From a virus, in the IMG/VR virus record IMGVR_UViG_3300003690_000003, positions 1-64,000 of that record: a DNA stretch of 64,000 nucleotides. One strand, written 5' to 3'. Both the position numbers and the translations under genes were made by a program. The first letter of the stretch is position 1. Every line of letters starts with the position of its first letter. This document shows positions 8,701 through 16,951 of this stretch, in pieces. Below the pieces are notes generated by a model. It saw nothing but the letters and a program-made list of their open reading frames with translations, ran no database searches and was not told the origin of the DNA.

Positions 8701-8955
8701 TTAACTCCTTGAAATCACACGGATTTCGCTTAGGTATTGGACGCTCCGAACGTCGGGCCAAGTGATATCATAACACCGGCTCCCTCGCGGGGTGTCAACA
8801 TGTTGAGCCGCCGTGGTGTAGGACAGCCCATCGTATAGATTGGAGTGGACTGGGTCTAGCTCACGGATCTTGTGGACAACACCCACCTGACCACGATCAC
8901 CATCGATCTTCATCTTTACCAGATCGCCTACGCGGGGGATAAGTTCCTCATTCAT
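8701..8955 (-). CDS. GDLV-family small protein
   Basis: PRVGDLVK...VGVV...DITW...IRVISRS; leaderless. Confidence 0.75.
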   Translation of the reverse strand: MNEELIPRVGDLVKMKIDGDRGQVGVVHKIRELDPVHSNLYDGLSYTTAAQHVDTPRGSRCYDITWPDVRSVQYLSEIRVISRS

Positions 8956-8961
8956 GCTTAT

Positions 8962-9020
8962 AGAATACCATGTGCCGGGTTATAAGTCAAGCACCAAAAC
9001 TTTATTCTCAAATAAAAAAG
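8962..9020 (-). promoter_or_regulatory. leaderless sigma70 promoter plus box
   Basis: TTGACT-17-TATTCT-6-ATG; box 8998-9020. Confidence 0.8.
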
Positions 9021-9090
9021 ATTATGTTTTAAGTTGTGGATATTACTTCTAAAAACTCGGCCAACTCGACACTCGTTTCGCGCCCGACTT

Positions 9091-9378
9091 TCATCTTACG
9101 ATCTCCATCCGTCCATCCTGTAGCGCATCGTCGAAAGTTTGCGGGGTATGCTTACAAATCTCCGGCTCGCCTATCCAATCAACCGCAAAATACTCGTCTG
9201 CAAAATCCATCGGATGCTCACGCCCGCAATCTACAAGATCGTGGCAATCGGCGCGGTGCGTGTGAGGGCAATCGGTACAAGTCGGCAGTGGCACAGACAG
9301 AACAATCCCAAGATCGTCGTCGCCAGAGTCGTCGTCATTCCACCGAAGTAAAGTTCCGATGTCAATGGTTTGTTTCAT
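9091..9378 (-). CDS. GDLV-family small protein with Cys/His insert
   Basis: DIGTLLRW...LGIVL...CTDCPHTHRADC...AVDW...MEIVR. Confidence 0.7.
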   Translation of the reverse strand: MKQTIDIGTLLRWNDDDSGDDDLGIVLSVPLPTCTDCPHTHRADCHDLVDCGREHPMDFADEYFAVDWIGEPEICKHTPQTFDDALQDGRMEIVR

Positions 9379-9599
9379 CCTATGACCTCCAGTTGTCGCT
9401 GATAGATGGATTCTTCTAGTCTGTCGGGTGAATGTTCACTAACTTCGCCCTCTGTCGCCCACGCGATACTATAACATCCCTGCCAGTCCTCACCGGGCAG
9501 CCCCACAACAATCCCAATATCATCTATATCTTCGTCGCGCATTTCGTCGCCGTGCCAAAGAACCAACATTCCAATTCTCAACTCACTGTGGGTTGGCAT
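9375..9599 (-). CDS. GDLV-family small protein
   Basis: LRIGMLVLW...IGIVV...SIAW...LEVIG. Confidence 0.75.
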   Translation of the reverse strand: MPTHSELRIGMLVLWHGDEMRDEDIDDIGIVVGLPGEDWQGCYSIAWATEGEVSEHSPDRLEESIYQRQLEVIG

Positions 9600-9813
9600 A
9601 AGACAAAATCTCCACAGAATCGCGGCGAACGTACTCTAGCCCTGAGTGTCCCTCCCAAGGCACCGCGAACAGGCGAACCCAAATATGAATGCCATAAGTA
9701 TCCACTATCAGGCCGACGGCGCCCTCAAGAACGATGTGAACTTGCAGAGTCTGTAGAGGACCGAGAATCAGCTTCACTACATCGCCCAACCGTGGCTTTT
9801 TACGTCGCTCCAT
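9583..9813 (-). CDS. GDLV-family small protein
   Basis: RLGDVVK...VGLIV...VEILS; leaderless. Confidence 0.75.
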   Translation of the reverse strand: MERRKKPRLGDVVKLILGPLQTLQVHIVLEGAVGLIVDTYGIHIWVRLFAVPWEGHSGLEYVRRDSVEILSYANPQ

Positions 9814-9819
9814 GATTAT

Positions 9820-9870
9820 AGAATAGCATGGGAGGGCTGCGATGTCAAACTTTTATTTGAATATAAAGTT
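9820..9870 (-). promoter_or_regulatory. leaderless sigma70 promoter plus inverted box
   Basis: TTGACA-17-TATTCT-6-ATG; box 9848-9870. Confidence 0.8.
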
Positions 9871-9871
9871 C

Positions 9872-10069
9872 TCACCGGGCTGCACTTACAACCTCAAATT
9901 GGTGACTGCTATCTGCAACAATCGTGCCATCAGGCCAGCGAACGTGAATAATATCTGTCCAGCCCTCCGGGGGGTACTGGCTCGCGGCTCGGTGCACCTC
10001 ATACACCAGACCGACCAAATCAATATCCGATATCTCCTGGTCGTACCTCACCAGATCACCGATGTTCAT
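9872..10069 (-). CDS. GDLV-family small protein
   Basis: MNIGDLVRY...VGLV...HVRW...FEVVS. Confidence 0.78.
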   Translation of the reverse strand: MNIGDLVRYDQEISDIDLVGLVYEVHRAASQYPPEGWTDIIHVRWPDGTIVADSSHQFEVVSAAR

Positions 10070-10223
10070 TTAGCAACTCCAGTGCCTCCCGTGCAAGCCA
10101 ACGAATCCTAGAGTCTCTCAAAAATCGCACACGGACTTCCGATTCTTTATGAGCAACCGCAATAACGAGCGCGGGATTCCCGCGACAGGGACCACCGACG
10201 AGCACAAGATCACCGATTTTCAC
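10056..10223 (-). CDS. GDLV-family small protein
   Basis: GTG start in junction repeat; MKIGDLVLV...LELLNEHR. Confidence 0.75.
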   Translation of the reverse strand: MKIGDLVLVGGPCRGNPALVIAVAHKESEVRVRFLRDSRIRWLAREALELLNEHR

Positions 10224-10416
10224 TGAGTAACTCCAAGTTATAATCGTTGTGCCAGAATGTTGTTTTTGCGTCAAACCACGCAACGGCGTAAGAAATCGCG
10301 GGGGAGTCTCCGCTGCAACCGTCGCGGGGTCCGCCCACAATGATTCCTGTGTCGCGTCGAGCGAAAGGCCGAGGGCTCTCCTCTGCGTGCCACTTTACCA
10401 AGTCACCGATTTTCAC
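10210..10416 (-). CDS. GDLV-family small protein
   Basis: MKIGDLVKW...TGIIV...AVAW...LELLSENR. Confidence 0.8.
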   Translation of the reverse strand: MKIGDLVKWHAEESPRPFARRDTGIIVGGPRDGCSGDSPAISYAVAWFDAKTTFWHNDYNLELLSENR

Positions 10417-10612
10417 TGACTACCTCAAACTTCCAGTCGCTTGTGCGGAATATTCCATCATCGTCCCCAAAGTTAAGGAGGATAATTCCATCAGGGTCGC
10501 GCATTTCGCCATCAAAGCCCAACTTGGTTACAACACCAATCTGGGTGTAATCGTCGACGCTTACATTCCACTTTGCGAGTGGGGTTACCTTTACCAAGTC
10601 ACCGATTTTCAT
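10403..10612 (-). CDS. GDLV-family small protein
   Basis: MKIGDLVKV...IGVV...FEVVSENR. Confidence 0.8.
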   Translation of the reverse strand: MKIGDLVKVTPLAKWNVSVDDYTQIGVVTKLGFDGEMRDPDGIILLNFGDDDGIFRTSDWKFEVVSENR

Positions 10613-10817
10613 TTAGCAACTCCAACGCGCTCGTCGCAAGTCGGTGAGTGTAACTAAACTGAGGGAAACAAACTGCGCGTCGAGACCCACCCAAATCTTT
10701 GGTGATGATCCCCAACTCGTTCTCGATATGATATTCCATGTTCTCGACACAGTTGGTGCTGACATTGAATCGGCCACCGGGCTGCCAGAGGCAGCGTACA
10801 AGATCACCGATTTTCAT
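10599..10817 (-). CDS. GDLV-family small protein
   Basis: MKIGDLVRC...LGII...LELLNENR. Confidence 0.8.
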   Translation of the reverse strand: MKIGDLVRCLWQPGGRFNVSTNCVENMEYHIENELGIITKDLGGSRRAVCFPQFSYTHRLATSALELLNENR

Positions 10818-10830
10818 TTGAAAATAAAGT

Positions 10831-11415
10831 TTAGGCGTTTTCGAGTTGCTTCTTGGTCAGTTCTGCGATCTTCAACTCTGCCTTGCGCTTGAAATTGTCC
10901 CCATAGTGGTAACGCTCATCCACTTTCAACACGGAGATTTTAATGGCAAGGTTCAAAGAACAGTTAGGATGCTCGACGAATCGTGTCAGGTGATAGCCGT
11001 GTGAGCTTTCGTTTACAGGGATATCGTCATAAATCTGTTCTAGCAACGCGGTGGGAGTCTTATTGGCTCCGATGTTCTCGCCCCAGTACCTCTGGCCCAG
11101 GAACGCACTCATCATGCGCCAGTATGACCGACTGTTCCTCTTGAAATACTTGTTATAAACGTCCCAATAGGTCTGTTCGTCAATATCGATTGCTCCGGTT
11201 CGCAAAAGCTCAGACTTAAAGACGTAGCCGCGCTGGTTCCACAGAATCTCGGCAGCTTCCTGGGTGATCTTAGGGTTGCAGGCAAGATAACTCTTTGCCA
11301 GCCTATAGGGATGATTAGCGATTGCCAGTTGCGTTTCGGCATCGGTAAATCGGTTCTTTGCGAGTCCGGTCAACTCGCTGTTATACATTTCTGTGATTTT
11401 ATCTGCGAAGGACAT
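10831..11415 (-). CDS. helical repeat (LRV-like) hypothetical protein
   Basis: Recurrent LAxN/ANHP/ACNP/EHPN motifs. Confidence 0.55.
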   Translation of the reverse strand: MSFADKITEMYNSELTGLAKNRFTDAETQLAIANHPYRLAKSYLACNPKITQEAAEILWNQRGYVFKSELLRTGAIDIDEQTYWDVYNKYFKRNSRSYWRMMSAFLGQRYWGENIGANKTPTALLEQIYDDIPVNESSHGYHLTRFVEHPNCSLNLAIKISVLKVDERYHYGDNFKRKAELKIAELTKKQLENA

Positions 11416-11446
11416 TCTGTCTCCAGGTGGTGTTTATCGTATCTAT

Positions 11447-11498
11447 AGAATAGCATGGATAACCGATGCCGTCAAGAGTTTTCTTTGAAAATAAAGTT
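11447..11498 (-). promoter_or_regulatory. sigma70 promoter plus inverted box
   Basis: TTGACG-17-TATTCT; box 11476-11498. Confidence 0.75.
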
Positions 11499-11746
11499 AG
11501 TTGTCTATGTCAGCGCAATTGCTGTGCTTTTCGACGGTATCTTCCATAACTTCGCGCAACAGCGCGTCAATACTGAAATATTCTTCATCAGTCTCATCCC
11601 ACAACACGCCGATCATCCCTAGCATTTCTTCCACTTCGGGTGGAGGCAGACCTTCTTCCCGTCGCGTTGCAGTTAGGCGGTCGAGTGCGGTGCTTCCAAT
11701 GTTACTCATTAGACTCATCATGTCGAATTCTCCATCGTACATACAT
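11497..11746 (-). CDS. acidic hypothetical protein
   Basis: About 81 aa ORF preceded by ACTACTTA motif; ATG read directly at 11744-11746, ORF track ends at 11742, so start is approximate. Confidence 0.45.
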
Positions 11747-11768
11747 TATAAGTAGTTTTCATTATCTG

Positions 11769-12020
11769 TCAAATCCTATTTCTCTTGCGTCGATACTTTT
11801 TATTCGGTACGAGGTAAACGTCTGTCACGGCGCCATCATCGAGACACTCATAAAAGCCCTTCGTGGCAATCCGCGAGATTGCGGCCGGAATAAGCCCATG
11901 CCCAACGCGAGACACCACCTTATAGTAAAACTTGCCATTCTTCTTGTCCACGATAATGCCCAAACCTCCAGCGGTCTTGAACATATCACCAACGCAAAGA
12001 TGATACTCGCACACGATCAA
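11769..12020 (-). CDS. GDLV-family small protein
   Basis: LCVGDMFK...LGIIV. Confidence 0.65.
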   Translation of the reverse strand: MIVCEYHLCVGDMFKTAGGLGIIVDKKNGKFYYKVVSRVGHGLIPAAISRIATKGFYECLDDGAVTDVYLVPNKKYRRKRNRI

Positions 12021-12193
12021 TCCAACTCTGAAAGAATTTCATAGTCGGTAAGCATTTGCCACTCTTTCCAGTCAGCAAATCTGACCCACTCCTGGGCGGC
12101 ATCGCACTTGTATTCTGTAACAATCTTCATAATGCCAGTCCCGTTAATCTTTCGGAGCAGCGCACCAATAATAACCATGCCGCGAGGTTTCAT
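12017..12193 (-). CDS. small hypothetical protein (GDLV-family-like)
   Basis: MKPRGMVIIGALLR...YEILSE; GGAG SD. Confidence 0.55.
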   Translation of the reverse strand: MKPRGMVIIGALLRKINGTGIMKIVTEYKCDAAQEWVRFADWKEWQMLTDYEILSELD

Positions 12194-12201
12194 TCTGTCT
12201 C

Positions 12202-12468
12202 CTAGTAACTGATTGAAGTGTGGGGGTAAATATCCCAAAATCCATCGCCCACACAAGTAATGTCAGCGGAGTCTTCGCCCACTTTAACAAACCTGAAATG
12301 CTCGGAAGAAGCAGAACCCGCGCCCGAGTCGTGATCGGGGGGATCTTCCTCAAACTCCCACGTATCGCAACCAGCGTCGTCAACAAACTTTTCGATAAGA
12401 TCGATAACCTTGTATTCCGGGCCGACTGTGCCGCTGTACCACTTGATACCATCCCATACTACCAGCAA
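12202..12468 (-). CDS. hypothetical protein
   Basis: 88 aa acidic ORF, FRFVKVGED motif. Confidence 0.55.
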   Translation of the reverse strand: MLVVWDGIKWYSGTVGPEYKVIDLIEKFVDDAGCDTWEFEEDPPDHDSGAGSASSEHFRFVKVGEDSADITCVGDGFWDIYPHTSISY

Positions 12469-12677
12469 CTCCTAGAAACTACTATGAAATTTGAGGATAG
12501 GTGCATGCTGCTCCGTGATCGTGTATCGTTGTGCAGTCGAACATAATACGTGGTTCTGCTGTTGGCGTCCGTTGCTGACCATGCCTCGATCACAAGATGG
12601 GTGGCCGGCTTCGCGCCGTGTATATGCTGCTTGAACTTCACCAAGTCGCCAACTTTAATGCCGTCGTTCTTAACCAT
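12459..12677 (-). CDS. GDLV-family small protein
   Basis: IKVGDLVKF...FIVVSRS; leaderless. Confidence 0.75.
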   Translation of the reverse strand: MVKNDGIKVGDLVKFKQHIHGAKPATHLVIEAWSATDANSRTTYYVRLHNDTRSRSSMHLSSNFIVVSRSCW

Positions 12678-12683
12678 GTATAT

Positions 12684-12734
12684 AGAATACCACGCGAGGG
12701 CGCGAGAGTCAATCTTTTACTTCAAAATAAAGTT
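12684..12734 (-). promoter_or_regulatory. leaderless sigma70 promoter plus inverted box
   Basis: TTGACT-17-TATTCT-6-ATG; box 12712-12734. Confidence 0.78.
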
Positions 12735-12921
12735 CTGGATTGGAAGTCTCTGGAATCACTGACAAATCTTGTCGCACCTCCCAGGAGTCTCGACTCAAAC
12801 TCTTGTCGTCGTTCCACTGAACGAGGTACTGAAAGCGTGTCGCGTCTAGTTCGCGGACGGTATCAAGAACCGTGCCAATCGATCCGGTAAAAGAATGTTG
12901 AACTGTATCACCGATTGTCAT
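12709..12921 (-). CDS. GDLV-family small protein
   Basis: MTIGDTV...IGTV...LVQW...LSVI. Confidence 0.72.
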   Translation of the reverse strand: MTIGDTVQHSFTGSIGTVLDTVRELDATRFQYLVQWNDDKSLSRDSWEVRQDLSVIPETSNPELYFEVKD

Positions 12922-13127
12922 TTTGTATTTGCCTTCGAGATTAGGGTTAGGTTGCGCTCAAACGCCCAAGTTTGTTGGTTGCCGTCGAACCATGCAATCC
13001 AGTATGCGGGCCGCTTATAAGGGTGAACCCAGGCGCGGGCGTGTTTTTCTGTCACCGGACCAACTATAACTCCGCGCCACGCGACCGCCTGGGCATGTTG
13101 ATATTCAATCAGGTCGCCGCGTTGCAT
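12918..13127 (-). CDS. GDLV-family small protein
   Basis: MQRGDLI...RGVIV...WIAW...LTLIS. Confidence 0.75.
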   Translation of the reverse strand: MQRGDLIEYQHAQAVAWRGVIVGPVTEKHARAWVHPYKRPAYWIAWFDGNQQTWAFERNLTLISKANTK

Positions 13128-13350
13128 CTACTCTCTCCACTTCATTACTATAATACCACGATGGTTCTGTGTTGTCAACCCAAGAAATAAAAAACATTGT
13201 CACGCCCTGAGCTATCACATTAGGAAGGGGAGGATCAACTCTTGAACCAGACTGGAGGGTGGAAATATCACAGGTATCAGTCACAAGACCCAAGCCCCTC
13301 TGGCCGGAAGTGAATATATGAACGCTATAAACCAAGTCACCGACTTTCAT
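13105..13350 (-). CDS. GDLV-family small protein
   Basis: MKVGDLVY...LGLV...FISW. Confidence 0.75.
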   Translation of the reverse strand: MKVGDLVYSVHIFTSGQRGLGLVTDTCDISTLQSGSRVDPPLPNVIAQGVTMFFISWVDNTEPSWYYSNEVERVDATRRPD

Positions 13351-13544
13351 CTTGCGATCTCTAAGGCTTTTTCGTACCATAAAACAATATTTTGACTGTC
13401 ATACCAATAAACCTCAAACTCTTCCTCCGACTCTTCAAATCTTTCCGGCCCCATGCGAATAATAATCCCCATGCGTCCGTACGGACACGGAAACTCTTGC
13501 AAGTCCTCGCGCTGTTTATAAGTTACCAAATCACCGACCTTCAC
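13347..13544 (-). CDS. GDLV-family small protein
   Basis: MKVGDLVTY...MGIII...EVYW...LEIAR. Confidence 0.78.
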   Translation of the reverse strand: MKVGDLVTYKQREDLQEFPCPYGRMGIIIRMGPERFEESEEEFEVYWYDSQNIVLWYEKALEIAR

Positions 13545-13731
13545 TGATTACCCCCAGATACTTTTCTTCCCACCAGCCTTCGTTACCGCAAGTGTACCAC
13601 CTGATTTCCCAGCGTCGTTTCGCATTATTGCCAGACCACCCATCGATGGGGCCACGCACAATAATTCCATGCGAGGGCGTTGAGGGGGGACTGCCGCACT
13701 CAATGAATTCTACTAAATCACCGATTTTCAT
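13531..13731 (-). CDS. GDLV-family small protein
   Basis: MKIGDLVEF...HGIIV...EIRW...LGVISEGR. Confidence 0.8.
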   Translation of the reverse strand: MKIGDLVEFIECGSPPSTPSHGIIVRGPIDGWSGNNAKRRWEIRWYTCGNEGWWEEKYLGVISEGR

Positions 13732-13867
13732 TTATTAACTCCAAGCAAGAAGGGTGTGCCTCCGCTCTCTTTCCAGAGAAAAGCTCAATCCTCGCAGTGG
13801 CATCCCCCAAAAAAACAAGAATACCTAGTCCCCGATACGGGACTCTTACCAAACTACCGATTTTCAC
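13718..13867 (-). CDS. GDLV-family small protein
   Basis: GTG start; MKIGSLVRV...LGILV...LELINENR. Confidence 0.75.
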   Translation of the reverse strand: MKIGSLVRVPYRGLGILVFLGDATARIELFSGKRAEAHPSCLELINENR

Positions 13868-14063
13868 TGATAACCTCCAAAGTCTCGGGGCCGGTTGCAT
13901 AAATATCTGAGCTACCGGGGATCACAATATCGACCATCAGGTTGTCACGCTCAGGATGGGAAGTAATCTCATAAGGCTCGCGAATAACAATGTATAGTGG
14001 GCGATCCTCTATCGGAGTGCCCCAGCTTTCGGGCGTGAATGTTACCAAGTCACCGATTTTCAC
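13854..14063 (-). CDS. GDLV-family small protein
   Basis: MKIGDLVTF...LEVISENR. Confidence 0.8.
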   Translation of the reverse strand: MKIGDLVTFTPESWGTPIEDRPLYIVIREPYEITSHPERDNLMVDIVIPGSSDIYATGPETLEVISENR

Positions 14064-14277
14064 TTACTCGCTCCAGCATGCCTCGGCTGTGCCAATCATC
14101 TATTTCTTCGTGTTCATGGTAAGTGAGTTGGTCGTCTTCGTCTCGCCAGTGGATGCCCACTTCTTCTTCGTCGGAGTCCACAAACAACACCACTCCAAGA
14201 TCATGGTCGTGGTCGGGACTGTGACGATAGTTGAATCTCACCAGATCGCCAGTGTTTAGAACCTCGCTAATCTTCAT
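14050..14277 (-). CDS. GDLV-family small protein
   Basis: NTGDLVRF...LGVVL...GIHW...LERVSENR; leaderless. Confidence 0.78.
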   Translation of the reverse strand: MKISEVLNTGDLVRFNYRHSPDHDHDLGVVLFVDSDEEEVGIHWRDEDDQLTYHEHEEIDDWHSRGMLERVSENR

Positions 14278-14283
14278 GCTTCT

Positions 14284-14335
14284 AGCATACCATGTCAGAA
14301 GCGCAGGGTCAAGGCTTTTATTTGAAAATAAAGTT
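14284..14335 (-). promoter_or_regulatory. leaderless sigma70 promoter plus inverted box
   Basis: TTGACC-17-TATGCT-6-ATG; box 14313-14335. Confidence 0.78.
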
Positions 14336-15273
14336 TAGGCCCAAGGGGTCTTAATCTTTTCTTTCTTGTAGTGCTTCACGCACCCTCCGGGTCGGGAGTA
14401 GTCCTTTTTGAACCAGAGCGCGATGATACCGTTAGCGAAACTTTCAATAGTTCTGTTTTGCTCGGGGGGGGACTCGCCCTTAACTTGAGTCTGGAATTCT
14501 TGGCTCGTTATTTCCTGTAGTCTCTCAGTAAAAATCGCCCAATCCTTCCCCACTTTAGTTGTAGCAGCAAACAAGGCAGGATTTGCTTCGTAGATCATCG
14601 CAAAGCCGCCCAGCATGGGCTTGTTAAGCTTGTTAAGACTAGGCCACGTACCCCTAACAGTTTGGATTGATTCTTTGATAGCCTGAAGGCCCGTCGCATC
14701 ACTACCTATAAGGTTTTCCACAACGGTAAATGTTTGTGCGCTGACTCGACTACCGTGGAGGTCGCCTACGATACCACCCGGCTCGGAACAACCATAAACG
14801 TAAGCGCCACACTGTTGCATCCTGGCAACCTGCGCTTGCACTTGGGCGTCTATCTGAAACTTATGGACATACCTTTCATCGGGTGTAAGAGCCTTTGTCT
14901 TACCCCCGTTACAGTTATCGAAGTTTCTGTGATAAGTGTCCACGTCGTCTATTTCTGTAACGTAAGCCCACATGTGCGTTGCCTGTGGGAAGGTCAACCG
15001 GAACATATGTGTGGTATGATCACCGTTCATGCGTTCCAGCCGTCCCCCCGCAGCACGGATCCTGTGCACCAGCGGGGGTACATGGATGCTCCAGTCCCAT
15101 ACCCAATCGTCCGTCTGTTCATCTTTCATCTGCTTTTCTAGCTGTTTTCCCTTTGTATCTCTGTTGATCCGGGAGGGGGTGTCTACGGGGACCAGTTCTA
15201 GTTTTCCCTGCTTTCCTCTAACCTTGGGGGCGCCGGGCTTAATGGCGCATGCGCCTACAATCTTATTGCTCAT
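14335..15273 (-). CDS. hypothetical protein, possibly ParB/DGQHR-like N-terminus
   Basis: 312 aa; INR...PPLV...MNGDHT resembles the DGQH-type motif. Confidence 0.5.
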   Translation of the reverse strand: MSNKIVGACAIKPGAPKVRGKQGKLELVPVDTPSRINRDTKGKQLEKQMKDEQTDDWVWDWSIHVPPLVHRIRAAGGRLERMNGDHTTHMFRLTFPQATHMWAYVTEIDDVDTYHRNFDNCNGGKTKALTPDERYVHKFQIDAQVQAQVARMQQCGAYVYGCSEPGGIVGDLHGSRVSAQTFTVVENLIGSDATGLQAIKESIQTVRGTWPSLNKLNKPMLGGFAMIYEANPALFAATTKVGKDWAIFTERLQEITSQEFQTQVKGESPPEQNRTIESFANGIIALWFKKDYSRPGGCVKHYKKEKIKTPWA

Positions 15274-15354
15274 AATATTTATCTACCTCTTTTGCAGTTG
15301 TTGTTTGACCGTCTTTAGAGTATAACACACTTTTTGTGAAAAGTAACCCTTTTT

Positions 15355-15573
15355 TCAAAAATATTTCTTAATTATTTCAAGATGGCCTACTTCGTGGCAA
15401 TCGCGCCCCAAGGGCCAGTGAACTTCAATGGGGGTGTAGGAAATATCATTATGCGCGGCGGGAACCTCGGAGTGTTCCTTGATAACGATACCGACCGCAT
15501 CGTGATTTATGTTGGGATACCACGCGGCTACCACTCCATCGGGCGTCAGCCGCACAAGATCGCCAATGTTCAT
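15355..15573 (-). CDS. GDLV-family small protein
   Basis: MNIGDLVRL...VGIVI...EVHW...LEII. Confidence 0.78.
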   Translation of the reverse strand: MNIGDLVRLTPDGVVAAWYPNINHDAVGIVIKEHSEVPAAHNDISYTPIEVHWPLGRDCHEVGHLEIIKKYF

Positions 15574-15809
15574 GCTGCAACCGATATTACCCTGATTTGG
15601 TTTTTGGTACAATGAGAGACGCGTTCGTGCTGCATCGAGTTCCATACAAGAAACCTCGGATTTTCAAACCAACGAACAACAAAACCATCCGTTAGGCTAT
15701 AGTGAGCGTTCAAAAAGCTCTTTTCTTCAACGATGATGCCTTGTCCTTCGACATAGCCCCGCTTAGTTTCAACGAGGGAACCGACTCTATACTTGCTTTT
15801 TCGTGCCAT
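15570..15809 (-). CDS. GDLV-family small protein
   Basis: YRVGSLV...QGIIV...VVRW...IRVIS; leaderless. Confidence 0.75.
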   Translation of the reverse strand: MARKSKYRVGSLVETKRGYVEGQGIIVEEKSFLNAHYSLTDGFVVRWFENPRFLVWNSMQHERVSHCTKNQIRVISVAA

Positions 15810-15815
15810 GTTTAT

Positions 15816-15844
15816 ATCATATCATCTTTCGCTGCTGGTGTCAA
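15816..15844 (-). promoter_or_regulatory. leaderless sigma70 promoter
   Basis: TTGACA-17-TATGAT-6-ATG. Confidence 0.75.
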
Positions 15845-16151
15845 GAGGAAAATCATCCAATGCGTTCAAATAGGCCACACCGTTCGGGACTTGCCCTCGC
15901 AAGATGCCGCCGTGCTTTGCTATGACAGTGTTCACCACCTCTACGGGAACGTAAGCATACACCGTTTCGGTGGGTTCGTCGGGACGTTCGGCCCAAGGTA
16001 TAATGATTTCTTCCCGGTGGCTCGGATAACCGATTTCTACCTCCGTATACTTCTCCGCGTCGTCGGTGCGCGGATCGCAGTATGCGCCGTGGTGTCCCTG
16101 AACAGACATAAAAAATCCGTCCGCACATACTACTCTTTTATTCAGAGCCAT
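15822..16151 (-). CDS. conserved-looking phage hypothetical protein
   Basis: CADGFFMSVQ...YCDPR...VEIGYPS...VYAYVP...HGG. Confidence 0.7.
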   Translation of the reverse strand: MALNKRVVCADGFFMSVQGHHGAYCDPRTDDAEKYTEVEIGYPSHREEIIIPWAERPDEPTETVYAYVPVEVVNTVIAKHGGILRGQVPNGVAYLNALDDFPLDTSSER

Positions 16152-16168
16152 TTTCTTTCCTTTGGTAT

Positions 16169-16245
16169 TGGTAGGGCAGGCGGGACTTGAACCCGCGACC
16201 TGCGCTTTATAAGAACGCTACTCTGACCTACTGAGTTACTGCCCT
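16169..16245 (-). tRNA. tRNA-Ile (anticodon UAU)
   Basis: Acceptor AGGGCAG/CTGCCCT, anticodon arm GCGTT-CTTATAA-AGCGC, T-loop TTCAAGT, encoded CCA. Confidence 0.92.
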
Positions 16246-16412
16246 GCGCGGGGTAGATCATTTTTGAGTATTCTCTTAGGTTCGTAAGCACCGTCTAACT
16301 CTTTTTCTTGTTCTTCTTAACCTCGGGCTTCTTTTTGTCCACAGGAAACTTGTTGCCGTGCCTGTCGATTTTAATATATCCCTTATCGGTCTTAACAATC
16401 ATATAACTCTGT

Positions 16413-16691
16413 TCATTTCTTCTGGGCATTATTCTTCTTTCTACTCTCGTAGGTTTCTTTTGCCCGCCCGCCGCCGGGTGGGGTTGCCCACCCCAAGAGG
16501 TACGACCTCTGTCGGCCGTCGGCCTTCGTTCCCGTGAAATAGCGAGAGGGCCCAGCCCTCATCGCGTCAGGAGCGTTAGGCATATGCCCGGTTTTCATGT
16601 TCTCGCGGATCTCTTTGTCGGTGTTGCCATACGGCGACCACCAGCCCCCCACCGACAACTTAATCTTTCCATCTGGTCCCATTACGCTCAT
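16413..16691 (-). CDS. hypothetical protein, paralog of 17044-17313
   Basis: WWSPYGNTDKEIRENMKTGHMPNAPD. Confidence 0.65.
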   Translation of the reverse strand: MSVMGPDGKIKLSVGGWWSPYGNTDKEIRENMKTGHMPNAPDAMRAGPSRYFTGTKADGRQRSYLLGWATPPGGGRAKETYESRKKNNAQKK

Positions 16692-16693
16692 AT

Positions 16694-16939
16694 TTATCCA
16701 AGTCCATTCATTGTGGTATTAACATCACCTTGACCGGAGAGTTCAGCAATCGGCTTAAATGTCCCTCCATCCTCCGGGTGCAGCGCAGTCATAAGGGTGG
16801 GATGCGGCCCAATAATCTTGTGTAGACTGATATACCAAAAACACTGTTCCTCGGCATCCCATTTGGCAACCGCTGTATCTTCGTGGATACCAAAATAACT
16901 TAGGTTATTCTTGAGTCTACTTTTAGCAAAATATTCCAT
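16694..16939 (-). CDS. hypothetical protein
   Basis: Start moved to MEYFAK, downstream of tRNA-Leu. Confidence 0.55.
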   Translation of the reverse strand: MEYFAKSRLKNNLSYFGIHEDTAVAKWDAEEQCFWYISLHKIIGPHPTLMTALHPEDGGTFKPIAELSGQGDVNTTMNGLG

Positions 16940-16951
16940 TTTATTCCTTAT

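Larger units (their letters stand above)
10056..10817 (-). repeat. junction repeat, cluster 2
   Basis: Exact copies at 10210, 10403, 10599, 10804; one-mismatch copy at 10056. Confidence 0.9.
13337..14063 (-). repeat. junction repeat, cluster 3
   Basis: Exact copies at 13718, 14050; variants at 13337, 13531, 13854. Confidence 0.88.
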
